64,000 bases of DNA. Source: Clostridia bacterium. GTDB taxonomy: Bacteria; Bacillota; Clostridia; Oscillospirales; CAG-272. Below the pieces are notes generated by a model, which was given only the letters and a program-made list of their open reading frames with translations, had not been told where the DNA came from and made no database searches. Below are positions 44,363 to 54,806 of this stretch, one piece after another (the first letter of the stretch is position 1; every line of letters starts with the position of its first letter). The position numbers were made by a program, and so were the translations under genes. Location: contig JAFYLH010000001.1 in the NCBI GenBank assembly GCA_017537175.1, positions 15,387 through 79,386 on the forward strand, written 5' to 3'.

Positions 44363-45522
44363 TAGCAACCATCACTCCTGCCGAACTCCGCGGCAGTATA
44401 GAAGCAATCGCTTCAAAATCCTATGCTCACAGAATTATAATCGCCGCAGCTCTTTCGGACAAGCCTACCGAAATATATATCAACGGCATTTCAAACGATG
44501 TTATTGATACCGTAAATGCGGTAAATTGCCTTGGTGCAAAGGCAGAAATAAAGGGCAATATCATCTCCGTTGAGCCTGTAAAAAAGATCTCGGGTGAGGT
44601 CAATATAGAGATAAGCGAAAGCGGCACCACCGCAAGACTTATACTGCCCATAGCCTGTGCCTTATATCAAAAGGGTACTCTTACGGGCAAGGGGTCTCTT
44701 GTAAAAAGACCCTTTAAGCCGTTATGTGATGCCATATCCGAGCACGGGATAGCTTTTTCGGGCAATTATCTGCCCATATCCTTTGAGGGTAAAATGACAG
44801 CAGGTGAGTATAAGATAGCAGGCTCGGAGAGCTCACAGTATATCTCGGCTCTGCTCTATACCCTACCTCTGCTGAACGATGAAAGCAAGGTAACGCTTAC
44901 ATCTCCTCTTGCATCCGAAGGGTATGTGGATATAACCCTTGATGTATTAAAACAGTTTGGTATAACAGGTGGCTATGAGTATAAGGGCGAAGAAAAATAC
45001 ACCACACCCGGCAGAATAAGCGTTGAGGGGGATTGGTCAAACTCAACCTTCTGGCTTTGTGCGGGAGTTGAGGTGAAGGGGCTGAAAGCAGATTCCTGTC
45101 AGCGTGACCGACTATTTGACCTTGTAAAGGACCAGGACGAAATTGATGCAGAGCATATACCCGACCTTGTTCCGATATTAAGTGTATATGCGGCATCCAA
45201 AAACAAAAATACAAGAATATACAACATAAGCCGCCTTCGTATAAAGGAAAGCGACCGCATAAGGAGTGTATGCGATATGATCACATCCCTTGGCGGCAGG
45301 ATAGAAGCAGATGACAACGAGATGGTCATTTACGGTACAGGCTCTCTTACAGGCGGTACTGTTGACAGCTACAATGACCACCGCATCGTTATGAGTGCGG
45401 CTATTGCATCAACAATATGCAAAAACAAGGTCATAATCCGCGGTGCCGAAGCGGTAAACAAGTCATATCCTGACTTTTTCAATGATTTTAACTCTCTCGG
45501 AGGTAAGGCAGATGTCAAATAG
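44359..45522 (+). CDS. aroA: 3-phosphoshikimate 1-carboxyvinyltransferase (EPSP synthase)
   Basis: 387 aa with SKSYAHR near the N-terminus and C-terminal DHRIVMSAAIA. The start overlaps the aroB stop (ATGA). Confidence 0.9.
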   Translation: MIATITPAELRGSIEAIASKSYAHRIIIAAALSDKPTEIYINGISNDVIDTVNAVNCLGAKAEIKGNIISVEPVKKISGEVNIEISESGTTARLILPIACALYQKGTLTGKGSLVKRPFKPLCDAISEHGIAFSGNYLPISFEGKMTAGEYKIAGSESSQYISALLYTLPLLNDESKVTLTSPLASEGYVDITLDVLKQFGITGGYEYKGEEKYTTPGRISVEGDWSNSTFWLCAGVEVKGLKADSCQRDRLFDLVKDQDEIDAEHIPDLVPILSVYAASKNKNTRIYNISRLRIKESDRIRSVCDMITSLGGRIEADDNEMVIYGTGSLTGGTVDSYNDHRIVMSAAIASTICKNKVIIRGAEAVNKSYPDFFNDFNSLGGKADVK

Positions 45523-46573
45523 AATAGGAAACAGCATATCGGTACAGATATTCGGACAGTCACATTCAAAGGTCATAGGCTGTATAATAGAGGGTCTGCC
45601 TGCAGGCTTTACCCCCGATATAGAACGCATACAAAAGGACCTTGACAGGCGCAGAGGCGGTAAGAACCGTTATTCTACAGCCAGAGCAGAGGCAGACGAG
45701 CCTTATATCCTCTCGGGACTTGTAGACGGTGTTACCTGCGGTGCGCCCCTGTGTGTGTCCTTTAAAAATAAGGATACCAAAAGTAACGATTATGACGAAT
45801 TAAGAGATAAGCCCAGACCCGGACACGCAGATTACACCGCATATGTACGCACAGGCGGTCATAATGACATCCGCGGCGGCGGTGAGTTTTCGGGCAGACT
45901 GACCCTTCCCTTATGCTTTGCAGGCTCTCTCTGTAAGCAGCTGCTTGAAACAAAGGGTGTATATATCGGTGCTCATATAGCCTCGGTAGGTATAGTAAAC
46001 GACAGTCTGTACGATCCCGTAAGCCTCACAAGACAGGATCTTGAGGCTGACGGCTTCCCTGTTCTTGATCGCGATATGGTCGAGGTTATGGAAAAATATA
46101 TGACCGAGATCGCAGAAGAGGGTGACTCGGTAGGCGGAGTTATAGAATGTGCCGCTATCGGTATGCCCGCAGGCTACGGCTCGCCTATGTTTGAGGGTGT
46201 GGAGAGTGAGATAGCCAAGATCATATTCGGCATCCCCGCCATCAAGGGTATTGAGTTCGGTGCAGGCTTTAGTGTTGCACAGATGAAGGGCTCTGAGAAC
46301 AACGACCCCTTTGAATATGACGGCAGAAAGGTAGTTACCGGGACAAACAATGCAGGCGGAATCCTTGGCGGTATTACCAACGGCATGCCCATAATCTTCC
46401 GCTGTGCTGTCAAGCCTACTCCTTCTATTGCAAAGGAGCAGAACACCGTAAACCTTAAAAGAGGTGCAAATGACACCCTTGTAATCAAGGGCAGACACGA
46501 TCCCTGTATAGTACCCCGCGCCGTTCCTGTAGTAGAGGCGGCCTGTGCCATAGCACTTATCAATCTTCTGTGA
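45512..46573 (+). CDS. aroC: Chorismate synthase
   Basis: The start is at MSNRIGNS with a GGAGG RBS 8 nt upstream. GQSHS and the RPGHAD motif are present. Confidence 0.92.
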   Translation: MSNRIGNSISVQIFGQSHSKVIGCIIEGLPAGFTPDIERIQKDLDRRRGGKNRYSTARAEADEPYILSGLVDGVTCGAPLCVSFKNKDTKSNDYDELRDKPRPGHADYTAYVRTGGHNDIRGGGEFSGRLTLPLCFAGSLCKQLLETKGVYIGAHIASVGIVNDSLYDPVSLTRQDLEADGFPVLDRDMVEVMEKYMTEIAEEGDSVGGVIECAAIGMPAGYGSPMFEGVESEIAKIIFGIPAIKGIEFGAGFSVAQMKGSENNDPFEYDGRKVVTGTNNAGGILGGITNGMPIIFRCAVKPTPSIAKEQNTVNLKRGANDTLVIKGRHDPCIVPRAVPVVEAACAIALINLL

Positions 46574-46583
46574 GGAAAAAAGA

Positions 46584-47720
46584 ATGGATCTCAAGGATAT
46601 AAGAAACAAAATAGACTCTATAGACGATGAGCTGTTAGAGCTCTTTAAAAAGCGTATGGATATAGTATCCGAGGTTGCCGCCTACAAGCGTGAGCACGGA
46701 CTTCCCATACTCAATTCGCAAAGAGAACGGGACATAGTTGCCCGTGTGAGCGAGGGTATGGATGATTCTATGGCATCCTATACCAAGACCTGGTTCAATA
46801 CCATGTTTGAATGCAGCCGCTCTTATCAGAGTATGCAAAACAAGCCTAAAACAGATACAGAAGCAAAGATCGAGGCTGCTCTGCTCCCTGCTGAAACTCT
46901 GTTCCCCAAGAGTGCGGTGGTTGCCTGTCAGGGTGTGGAGGGTGCAAACTCTCAGCTTGCCTGCGACAGGCTCTTTGACAGACCCAAGATCATGTATATG
47001 AGCTCCTTTGACTCGGTGTTTACCGCCGTTGACAAGGGATTATGCAAGTACGGCATCCTTCCTATAGAAAACTCGCTCCACGGCTCTGTTATATCTGTAT
47101 ATGACCTTATGAAGAAGTACCGCTTCCACATTGTTCGCTCTGTTCGTATAAAAATAGACCATATGCTTATGACAAAGCCGGGGGTTGCCCTCTCTGATAT
47201 AAAGGAAATATACTCCCACGAGCAGGCACTTGCTCAATGCAGTGATTATCTTTCCTCCCTTGGTATACGGCTTATCCCCTGTGAGAACACCGCAACCGCG
47301 GCAAAGATAGTCTCCGAGAGTAACCGCCGTGATATTGCGGCAATATCCTCCCGCAACTGTGCGGAGCTGTATGATCTTTGTATAATTGCCGATAATATCC
47401 AGAACAGCGACAACAATTATACACGCTTTATCTGTATATCAAAGGATCTTGCCATCTATCCCGGTGCCAACAAGATATCTATTATGTTTACCATTCCCCA
47501 CCGTCCCGGTGCACTTTATTCAATAATATCCACCTTCTCGGTGCTGGGTGTCAACCTTACAAAGCTTGAAAGCCGTCCCATACCGGGCAAGGACTTTGAG
47601 TTCATGTTCTACCTTGATTTTGATGCTTCGGTGTATTCCAAGGATATACGTCATCTGATCTCGGTGTTGGAAGAAGATCCTGAATATTTTGCCTTCTTAG
47701 GTAACTATCTTGAGGTTTGA
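46584..47720 (+). CDS. pheA: Bifunctional chorismate mutase / prephenate dehydratase (P-protein)
   Basis: 378 aa. It has an N-terminal CM type 2 domain (IDSIDDELLELFKKRM), a PDT domain and a C-terminal ACT domain (ESRP). Confidence 0.9.
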   Translation: MDLKDIRNKIDSIDDELLELFKKRMDIVSEVAAYKREHGLPILNSQRERDIVARVSEGMDDSMASYTKTWFNTMFECSRSYQSMQNKPKTDTEAKIEAALLPAETLFPKSAVVACQGVEGANSQLACDRLFDRPKIMYMSSFDSVFTAVDKGLCKYGILPIENSLHGSVISVYDLMKKYRFHIVRSVRIKIDHMLMTKPGVALSDIKEIYSHEQALAQCSDYLSSLGIRLIPCENTATAAKIVSESNRRDIAAISSRNCAELYDLCIIADNIQNSDNNYTRFICISKDLAIYPGANKISIMFTIPHRPGALYSIISTFSVLGVNLTKLESRPIPGKDFEFMFYLDFDASVYSKDIRHLISVLEEDPEYFAFLGNYLEV

Positions 47721-47721
47721 T

Positions 47722-48945
47722 ATGTACGGACTTATAGGAAAAAAATTAGGTCACAGCTATTCTGTACCCATACACAGAGCCTTGGGTAACAAGGATTATA
47801 CCCTGAAGGAAATCCCCCCTGAGGGGGTCGAGTCCTTTATGCGTGAGCATAGCTTTAAGGGTATAAATGTTACAATTCCATACAAAGAGGCTGTTATGCC
47901 CTATCTTGACGAAATATCGGACAGGGCAAAGAGAATTGGCTCGGTCAACACTGTTGTCAACCGTTGTGGCAGGCTGTACGGTGACAATACCGATTATTAC
48001 GGCTTTAGCTATATGGCAAAAAGCGCGGGAATAAGCTTTAAGGATAAAAAGGTAGTTATATTGGGTGGCGGCGGTACTTCCCTTACCGCACAGGCTGTTA
48101 CGCGTGATGAGGGTGCAAGGGAGATAATTGTTGTCAGCCGTAAGGGCGAAAACAATTATGACAATCTGCATCTACATTACGATGCCGAGATTATTATAAA
48201 CTGCACTCCTGTGGGTATGTACCCAAATGTAGAGGACACACTTATTGATTTAGAACCCTTTACAAAGCTTTGCGGTGTCATAGACGTAATATACAACCCC
48301 TCAAAGACAAACATCCTTATAGATGCAAAAAAACGCGGTATTCCCTGCACCAACGGTCTTTCCATGCTGGTAGCGCAGGCCAAGCTTGCCCACGAGCTCT
48401 TCTTTGATACTACAGTTGATGACACTGAAATAGAACGCATCAAACAGGATCTTGAGCTTGATAAAGCTAATATTGTTTTTGTAGGTATGCCGGGCAGCGG
48501 AAAGTCTACCCTATCCCACAGCATTGCAAGTATACTTGGAAGAAAGGTGATCGACACCGATGATATGATCTGCCAAAGGGATTGCAGAAGTATACCCGAC
48601 ATTTTTGCTGATAAGGGAGAAGAATACTTCCGTGACCTTGAGTCTGACTGCATCAAGGAGGCCTGCCAAAGCGAAAAATCGGTTATAGCAACCGGCGGAG
48701 GTGCTGTGCTGCGTGAAGAAAATCGCAGATGGATTATGCGTAACTCTGTTGTTATTTGGCTCAAACGTCCTGTACAGGAGCTTGCCCGTGACGGCAGACC
48801 GCTGTCAAGTGAGGATGACGCAAAGATGCAGAAAATGTATGAATTCCGTGAGCCCTTCTACAATGTGGTAGCGGATATCATAATCGACGTTGACCCCGAT
48901 CCCGCCGTAACAGCAGATAAAATAATGCAAAAATTAAGGAGCTGA
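47722..48945 (+). CDS. aroE: Shikimate dehydrogenase / shikimate kinase fusion
   Basis: The start is at MYGLIGKKLGHSYS with GAGG 6 nt upstream. The AroE N-terminal and Rossmann domains are followed by the AroK Walker A (GMPGSGKST). Confidence 0.88.
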   Translation: MYGLIGKKLGHSYSVPIHRALGNKDYTLKEIPPEGVESFMREHSFKGINVTIPYKEAVMPYLDEISDRAKRIGSVNTVVNRCGRLYGDNTDYYGFSYMAKSAGISFKDKKVVILGGGGTSLTAQAVTRDEGAREIIVVSRKGENNYDNLHLHYDAEIIINCTPVGMYPNVEDTLIDLEPFTKLCGVIDVIYNPSKTNILIDAKKRGIPCTNGLSMLVAQAKLAHELFFDTTVDDTEIERIKQDLELDKANIVFVGMPGSGKSTLSHSIASILGRKVIDTDDMICQRDCRSIPDIFADKGEEYFRDLESDCIKEACQSEKSVIATGGGAVLREENRRWIMRNSVVIWLKRPVQELARDGRPLSSEDDAKMQKMYEFREPFYNVVADIIIDVDPDPAVTADKIMQKLRS

Positions 48946-48958
48946 ATTTCAGCTCCTT
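48936..48958. terminator. Bidirectional terminator between the aro operon and aroQ
   Basis: Palindrome AAGGAGCTGAA-T-TTCAGCTCCTT spanning both convergent stop codons. Confidence 0.5.
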
Positions 48959-49385
48959 AAAATTTTACTAATTTGTATAAAGCGAGTATGTATCCGTCAG
49001 TACCCAGACCGCAGATCTGACCCATACAGTTGGGTGCAGTAAGGGACTTGTGTCTGAACTCTTCCCTTTTGTGGATGTTTGATATATGCACCTCTATTGC
49101 AGGGGTGTTGACAGATGCAAGGGCATCACGGATGGCAACAGATGTATGGGTATAAGCTGCGGGATTGATGATAATGCCGTCATACACACCCAAGGTCTGC
49201 TGTATTTTTGTTACTATCTCGCCTTCAATATTGGACTGGAAAAAATCTATCTCACAGCCAAGCACTGCGGCTTCACTTCTGAGTCTGTCATTGATGCTCT
49301 CCATAGTTTCGTTACCGTATATTCCCGGTTCGCGTTTGCCTAACATATTGATGTTGGGTCCGTTTATTACAAGTATCTTTTTCAT
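48957..49385 (-). CDS. aroQ: Type II 3-dehydroquinate dehydratase
   Basis: I trimmed the start to [16 protein letters not shown], which has an AGGAGA RBS. HISN and the other conserved type II motifs are present. Confidence 0.9.
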   Translation of the reverse strand: MKKILVINGPNINMLGKREPGIYGNETMESINDRLRSEAAVLGCEIDFFQSNIEGEIVTKIQQTLGVYDGIIINPAAYTHTSVAIRDALASVNTPAIEVHISNIHKREEFRHKSLTAPNCMGQICGLGTDGYILALYKLVKF

Positions 49386-49441
49386 ATTGATCTCTCCTGC
49401 AGATATTCCTTTAAAAGCATACATAAATTCTACCACAGATA

Positions 49442-50327
49442 ACTAAAAAATTCAATAGTTATTTGAGTATTATACCGAACGCTGAGTATGATTTGACCTA
49501 TGCCCTGGAGGCCGACGAGAGTCTGCTGACCAACCGGGATGTTAGTACAATACCGGTACCTGGACGCCCATTGCACCTTATCATGAAGATTATCAGTTGA
49601 GAACACAGGGGTTCTTATTCAATGAATCTTCCGACGGCGTAATTAAGGTAACAACATCAGACTACCAAACCCTTAAGGGAGGATATGGCTGCAGTGCTGT
49701 ATCAAACAAAGCTACTACCCCTCTTGACGGACTATCGGTTGCCATCACCCCCGATGAGTTCGACTCCATAAATGACGCTTATGCAGGCAACAGCATCAGC
49801 ATTATATGGAGCGAAGATACCACCAGCGGAAACAAGACACCTGTTTCCAGAGTACACGAGGTCATCGACCTGTCTGATGGACTCTATGTCAATGTAAGAG
49901 CTGACGACAGGCTGGGCTACATCGTTAATGTTAACGGTTATGATTACTACAGGGGCGATGAGATGGCTTATTTCCCGGACTGCAATACCGATATGTATGC
50001 TGGGTGGTAGAAAAGGACATTACAAGCGGTATCTCTGAGACAAAATTCGGCCCCAACAACAATGTGACAAGAGCTCAGCTTGCAAGATTCTTCTATGCGT
50101 ACACCGAGCTTATCGGCGGCGATATTGAAGGTGCAGCAGATATCACAGCATATCCCGATGCAGCTAAGGTGCCCGCCTGGGCAAAGACCTCCATAGAATG
50201 GGCGGTTAATAAAGAAATCATTGCCGGTGTAAGCAAAGGCGGTGAGACCCTTCTTGACCCCAACGGCAACGCAACAAGAGCACAGGCAGCTCGTATGATC
50301 ATGATCTACACAAACCTTACCGAATAA
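49442..50327 (+). pseudogene. Decayed, 5'-truncated SLH-domain surface protein gene
   Basis: The coding signal jumps frames. Frame 2 is open 49442-49597 (...EYDLTYALEADESLL...), frame 1 covers about 49544-50010, and a -1 shift leads to 50004-50327. The junction reads ...MYAGW|VVEKDITSG, a normal SLH start. The last segment carries two SLH repeats (TRAQLARFFY, TRAQAARMIM). There is no start codon, signal peptide or promoter. Confidence 0.55.
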
Positions 50328-50344
50328 TCAAAATAATAAAATAT

Positions 50345-50375
50345 AAAGGAGAACTACGGCTCTCCTTTATTGTTT
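50345..50375 (+). terminator. Terminator after the SLH pseudogene
   Basis: Hairpin AAAGGAGA-ACTACGGC-TCTCCTTT followed by ATTGTTT. Confidence 0.45.
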
Positions 50376-50474
50376 ACAAAATATGCTATATTTTTGAATT
50401 ATTTTGTGTATAATAATATATAGTTAAGTATTTTTTACCACTCTATCTCGTTTTTAATACTATGTGGAGGTCCT

Positions 50475-51104
50475 ATGAAAAAGAGATATTCCTTAGGAGA
50501 AGAAATATTCAATGCCGTGACCCACGGTGTGGGCGGCGGATTATCTATTGCAGGCTGTACTCTTATGATAATTTTGGCTGCCTTTACAGGTGATGCCATG
50601 AAGATAGTATGCGCATCCATATTCGGTGCGACACTTATAATACTGTACACAATGTCTACCCTGTACCACGCGCTTTCCAATCCCACGGCCAAAAAGGTTA
50701 TGAGAATATTTGACCATTGTACCATATTTATGCTTATTGCAGGTACATATACCCCCTTTACCCTTGTAGTCATAGGCGGAGCGTTGGGCTGGACACTCTT
50801 TGGTATACTCTGGGGCGCTACTGTTATTGGTATAGTCCTTAATTCCCTTAGCCTTAACAAGTTTAAAAAGCTGTCTATGGTCCTCTATGTGGTTATGGGC
50901 TGGTGCGTTGTTTTTTGCGTTAAGCCTGTTATCGATTATCTCGGCATCTGGGGCTCGCTTATGCTCCTTGCAGGCGGTATCTTCTATACGGGAGGTATTC
51001 CCTTCTTCTCGATCAAAAAGAAGTACTTTCACTCGGTATGGCATATATTTGTTGTGTTAGGCAGCGTGTGTCATATATTCTGTGTGATGTTCTGGATAAT
51101 ATAA
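50475..51104 (+). CDS. Hemolysin III / PAQR family membrane protein
   Basis: 209 aa with 7 predicted TM segments. The N-terminal EEIFNAVTHGVG and the HxxxH-type C-terminal histidines (HSVWHIF) are present. Confidence 0.87.
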   Translation: MKKRYSLGEEIFNAVTHGVGGGLSIAGCTLMIILAAFTGDAMKIVCASIFGATLIILYTMSTLYHALSNPTAKKVMRIFDHCTIFMLIAGTYTPFTLVVIGGALGWTLFGILWGATVIGIVLNSLSLNKFKKLSMVLYVVMGWCVVFCVKPVIDYLGIWGSLMLLAGGIFYTGGIPFFSIKKKYFHSVWHIFVVLGSVCHIFCVMFWII

Positions 51105-51130
51105 AAGGTGTCCTCACGGACACCTTTTCT
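51103..51130. terminator. Bidirectional terminator
   Basis: Hairpin AAAAGGTGTCC-TCAC-GGACACCTTTTC. Confidence 0.55.
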
Positions 51131-51132
51131 TT

Positions 51133-51249
51133 TTAGAATGATAGCAAATAATATAACAGTGTTGCTATACTGCCTATAACCATTAGTGCACACAGAAAGA
51201 TACACATTATACGGGCTGCAAGCTTGGATTTGTCAATTCGTTTTTTCAT
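51133..51249 (-). CDS. Possible 38-aa small membrane protein (not in the ORF track)
   Basis: Hand translation gives MKKRIDKSKLAARIMCIFLCALMVIGSIATLLYYLLSF*. A GGAGAA RBS is present, and the ORF lies directly downstream of the topoisomerase gene. Confidence 0.3.
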   Translation of the reverse strand: MKKRIDKSKLAARIMCIFLCALMVIGSIATLLYYLLSF

Positions 51250-51292
51250 TATTATTCTCCGTTCTATGTAGGGGTGGATATTATCCACCCGC

Positions 51293-53530
51293 TCATATTA
51301 ATGATATCTGCTGAGCCTCAACATCCAGCTCCTCAAGGGCTGTGCCTGTTGCGGGTATCTTGGTCTTTTTATATTTCTTGAGATTTGCGTATCTCGATGC
51401 CTGATCGGTTATGGCTTCGATGATGCGCTGATTTTTACGCAGAGTATAGAGAGTTATACCCTGTGCGTTACGGGTGGTCTTTAAGGAAATAAGCTCGGAA
51501 TTAACGATTATAGCCTTGTTTATGTTGGATATAAGCATAATATCCACAGGCTCGGTCTCTCTTATTGCCGCAACAATGGGAGAAGCGTCAGAGAATACAC
51601 CAACAAGCTTACGGCGGTTATTCTTGGTCTGATATGAGGTCAGAGGAACACGGGCGCCCTTGCCGTTTTCAAAGATGAATATCATATTATGGTTGGGATC
51701 ATATTCCTGAACCACCACCATGGAGAATACCCTTTCTCCATCCTCAAAGCCTAATTCAACAGGAATAAACTTACCGAACTCTGATGCCTTGCAGTTATCA
51801 AAATCACAGACCTTGGCTTTATATGCATTTGCCTTATCGGTAAAGAATATAAGCTCGTTCTGGCTGTTGGCATCGGCATTGTATACTATCTCGTCTCCGT
51901 CCTTAAGCTTTTGAACATCACTTCCCTTAAGGGATGCCATTGTTATCTTCTTAAAATATCCCTCGCGGGTAAGGACAATACGATAGTTGATATCCTCTGC
52001 CTCTTCCTTTATCTCAAACTCCTCGATCTCATCATCCCAGATAAGCTGGGTACGGCGGTCCTGATGATATTTCTTTTTGATCTCACGAAGCTGGGAGGCT
52101 ATATAGTTCTTTGTTGCCTTTTCACTTGCAATAAGAGCCTCAAGCTCTGCAATTTCCTTCTGCAGCTCCTCTATTTCCTTAATGCGGTTCATAATATACT
52201 CGCGGTTAAGGTGACGGAGCTTGATCTCAGCGATATATTCGGCCTGTATACGGTCTACCCCAAAGCCCTCCATAAGGTTGGGGACAACATCCTTTTCCAG
52301 CTTTGTTTCGCGGACTATTTTTATTGCCTTGTCGATATCAAGAAGAATCTTGCCAAGACCCATAAGAAGGTGAAGCTTTTCCTGCTTTTTATTAAGCTCA
52401 AAGCTCAACTCCCGTCTTACACAGCCTACTCTGAATTTGATCCACTCCTCAAGTATTTCCTTTACACCCATAACGCGGGGGGAGGAGTTGACAAGCACAT
52501 TAAAGTTACAGCTGAACTGACTCTCAAGCGGTGTAAGCTTATATAGCTTATTCATAACAAGCTCGGGGTCACTTCCCTTTTTAAGATCGATTGCCAGTCT
52601 GAAGCCGTGTAGACCTATCTCATCACGCATATCAGAGATCTCTCTGAGCTTACCGTTCTTATCGTTGACAATATCGGCAACTGCCTTTATTATCTGCTCA
52701 ATGGTGGTACAATAAGGTATCTCTAATATCTCGATACAGTTATTCTTTTTGTCATACTGCCACTTTGCGCGCATACGGAAGCCGCCGTGACCTGTTTCGT
52801 AGATCTCACGCATCTTATCACGGTTATAGATGATAGATGCTCCGCCCGGGAAATCCGGTGCCTTGATGATATCAAGAAGCTGATCTACCGTTGTGGAGGG
52901 GTTGCGCAAAAGCTGGATAGCACCGTCGCAGACCTCGGAAAGATTGAAGGAGCATATCTTTGAAGCCATACCTACCGCAATACCCTCGTTGGGACAAACA
53001 AGCACATTGGGGAATGTGGTGGGAAGGAGCACAGGCTCCTTTTTGGTGCTGTCATAGTTATCCACCATATCAACGGCATCCTTGTCTATACCCGAAAACA
53101 GCTCCTGACATATATCAGCCAGCTTTACCTCGGTATATCTGGATGCGGCAAACGCCATATCCGAGCTGTACTGCTTACCAAAGGAGCCCTTTGAATCAAC
53201 AAAGGGATGAAGCAGAGCCTCATTATCCTTGGTCAGTCTTACCATAGTCTCATAGATAGACATATCACCGTGGGGGTTGTACTGCATTGTTGCACCCACA
53301 ACATTTGCGGACTTGGTACGGTTGCCCTTTAAAAGTCCCATCTTATACATGGTATAGAGGAGCTTACGGTGAGCGGGCTTGAAGCCGTCTATCTCGGGAA
53401 TGGCACGGGAGATGATAACGCTCATTGCATAGGGCATATAATTCTTCTCTATTGTTTCGGTTATGGGCTGGGGAGTGGCAGGAGCCGGTGGAAGGGACTC
53501 TGTGAGCTCTTCTTTTTTCTTTCTTGCCAT
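51293..53530 (-). CDS. parC: Type IIA topoisomerase subunit A (topoisomerase IV ParC-like / GyrA paralogue)
   Basis: 745 aa with RAIPEIDGFKPAHRKLLY and the active-site Tyr region (AASRYTEVKL). It is shorter than a typical GyrA. Confidence 0.85.
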   Translation of the reverse strand: MARKKKEELTESLPPAPATPQPITETIEKNYMPYAMSVIISRAIPEIDGFKPAHRKLLYTMYKMGLLKGNRTKSANVVGATMQYNPHGDMSIYETMVRLTKDNEALLHPFVDSKGSFGKQYSSDMAFAASRYTEVKLADICQELFSGIDKDAVDMVDNYDSTKKEPVLLPTTFPNVLVCPNEGIAVGMASKICSFNLSEVCDGAIQLLRNPSTTVDQLLDIIKAPDFPGGASIIYNRDKMREIYETGHGGFRMRAKWQYDKKNNCIEILEIPYCTTIEQIIKAVADIVNDKNGKLREISDMRDEIGLHGFRLAIDLKKGSDPELVMNKLYKLTPLESQFSCNFNVLVNSSPRVMGVKEILEEWIKFRVGCVRRELSFELNKKQEKLHLLMGLGKILLDIDKAIKIVRETKLEKDVVPNLMEGFGVDRIQAEYIAEIKLRHLNREYIMNRIKEIEELQKEIAELEALIASEKATKNYIASQLREIKKKYHQDRRTQLIWDDEIEEFEIKEEAEDINYRIVLTREGYFKKITMASLKGSDVQKLKDGDEIVYNADANSQNELIFFTDKANAYKAKVCDFDNCKASEFGKFIPVELGFEDGERVFSMVVVQEYDPNHNMIFIFENGKGARVPLTSYQTKNNRRKLVGVFSDASPIVAAIRETEPVDIMLISNINKAIIVNSELISLKTTRNAQGITLYTLRKNQRIIEAITDQASRYANLKKYKKTKIPATGTALEELDVEAQQISLI

Positions 53531-53547
53531 ATGTTCAACTCCTTTTT

Positions 53548-54558
53548 TTAATCTAAATCAAGTATCTCAAAGCCTGCGGCACGGATAAGTCGGTTAAGCA
53601 CCGCAAGTCCTATACCGTCAGAGGCTGTCATAGGTGCGTAAATGGTTTTGATATCCTCTATATCGTCAAATTCTCTGAGCTTGGCAAAGAGGTTTCTTGC
53701 CTGCTCCTTGGGTGAGTCCTTGGAGCCTACTGCCAGAGCGTATCTGTTTTTTAAAAGCTCGGTATCCTCGTCATAGCAAAGCATTCCACATTCGCTTTTA
53801 TCCGCCAAAAACGCCTGTCTTGCCTCATCTGCTCCACGGAGCAGAACCACATTGGCTCTGGGAGAATAATGCTTGTACATCATACCGGGAGACTCGGGCC
53901 TTCCCTGGTGCTGATTAAGTACTGCGTCGGATATTTCAATATCGGGACATATCTCTCTCAGTTCCTCTACGGTTACAAGACCGGGGCGAAGAAGCTTTGG
54001 CACAGGCGAGAGGGTGATAATAGTTGACTCTACCCCTATATCACAGTCATCCCCTGCTATTATCATATCTATACTTCCCGATAGATCTCTTATAACATGA
54101 CCTGCCATTGTAGGGCTGGGCTTGGTAGAAAGATTGGCTGAGGGAGCGGCCACAGGCACGCCTGCAAGCTCGATAAACCGATGCGCTACCCTATCCGAAG
54201 GAACTCTTACAGCGACAGTATCAAGACCGCCTGTTACCTCATAGGGGACAATATCCCTTTTGGGGAGTATAACGGTCAGAGGTCCCGGCATAAAGCGCTC
54301 TGCCAGCTTATAGTATGTCTCATTTGTATGGCAGTAGCTTTCTGCATCCTCGGGCCTTGCAAGGTGGATAATAAGAGGATTGTTGCTTGGTCTGCCCTTT
54401 GCCTTGTATATTTTATTTGCCGCTGTGGGATCAAGAGCATTGCCCCCAAGGCCGTACACCGTCTCGGTGGGAAAAGCCACAAGACCGCCCGATCTTATCG
54501 TTTGTGCGGCTTCTGTTAATGTTGTGTCGTTTATATCGTAGATTATTTTAGTATCCAT
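53548..54558 (-). CDS. tsaC: L-threonylcarbamoyladenylate synthase (Sua5/YwlC/TsaC type with a C-terminal Sua5 domain)
   Basis: 336 aa with a YrdC domain (FPTETVYGLG ... KGRPSNNPLI). Confidence 0.9.
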   Translation of the reverse strand: MDTKIIYDINDTTLTEAAQTIRSGGLVAFPTETVYGLGGNALDPTAANKIYKAKGRPSNNPLIIHLARPEDAESYCHTNETYYKLAERFMPGPLTVILPKRDIVPYEVTGGLDTVAVRVPSDRVAHRFIELAGVPVAAPSANLSTKPSPTMAGHVIRDLSGSIDMIIAGDDCDIGVESTIITLSPVPKLLRPGLVTVEELREICPDIEISDAVLNQHQGRPESPGMMYKHYSPRANVVLLRGADEARQAFLADKSECGMLCYDEDTELLKNRYALAVGSKDSPKEQARNLFAKLREFDDIEDIKTIYAPMTASDGIGLAVLNRLIRAAGFEILDLD

Positions 54559-54569
54559 AGAATCCTAAT

Positions 54570-54788
54570 AATGCAGAGTGCAGAATTATTGTTGATTTTC
54601 GACTGCTGTCGAAAATCTTCATATTATTTTTCCGCATTCTGTAATTGCTTGATTATCTGCAATTTATACTTTTATGTACTTATACTTTGATCACAAGTAG
54701 ACTCGTATATGATCTGAATGGAATTTTTGTCACCAACGGTGACAAAAATCTCCTCAATTCTGCACTCTGCACTCTGCATTTTGCACTC
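54570..54788. repeat. MITE-like unit: TGCAGAG-type terminal inverted repeats enclosing two internal hairpins
   Basis: AATGCAGAGTGCAGAATT (54570-54587) is inverted relative to AATTCTGCACTCTGCACTCTGCATTTTGCACTC (54756-54788). Internal hairpins are GATTTTCGAC-TGCT-GTCGAAAATC and ATTTTTGTCACC-AAC-GGTGACAAAAAT. Confidence 0.45.
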
Positions 54789-54806
54789 ACAGAGTATCTT
54801 CTGATA

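Noticed and set aside
45911-46609. 232-aa minus-strand ORF, together with the similar 48177-48764, 39105-39599, 40150-40557 and 50541-51044 ORFs.
   Set aside because: Each is antisense to a confidently identified gene (aroC, aroE/K, the ABC transporter genes, hlyIII).
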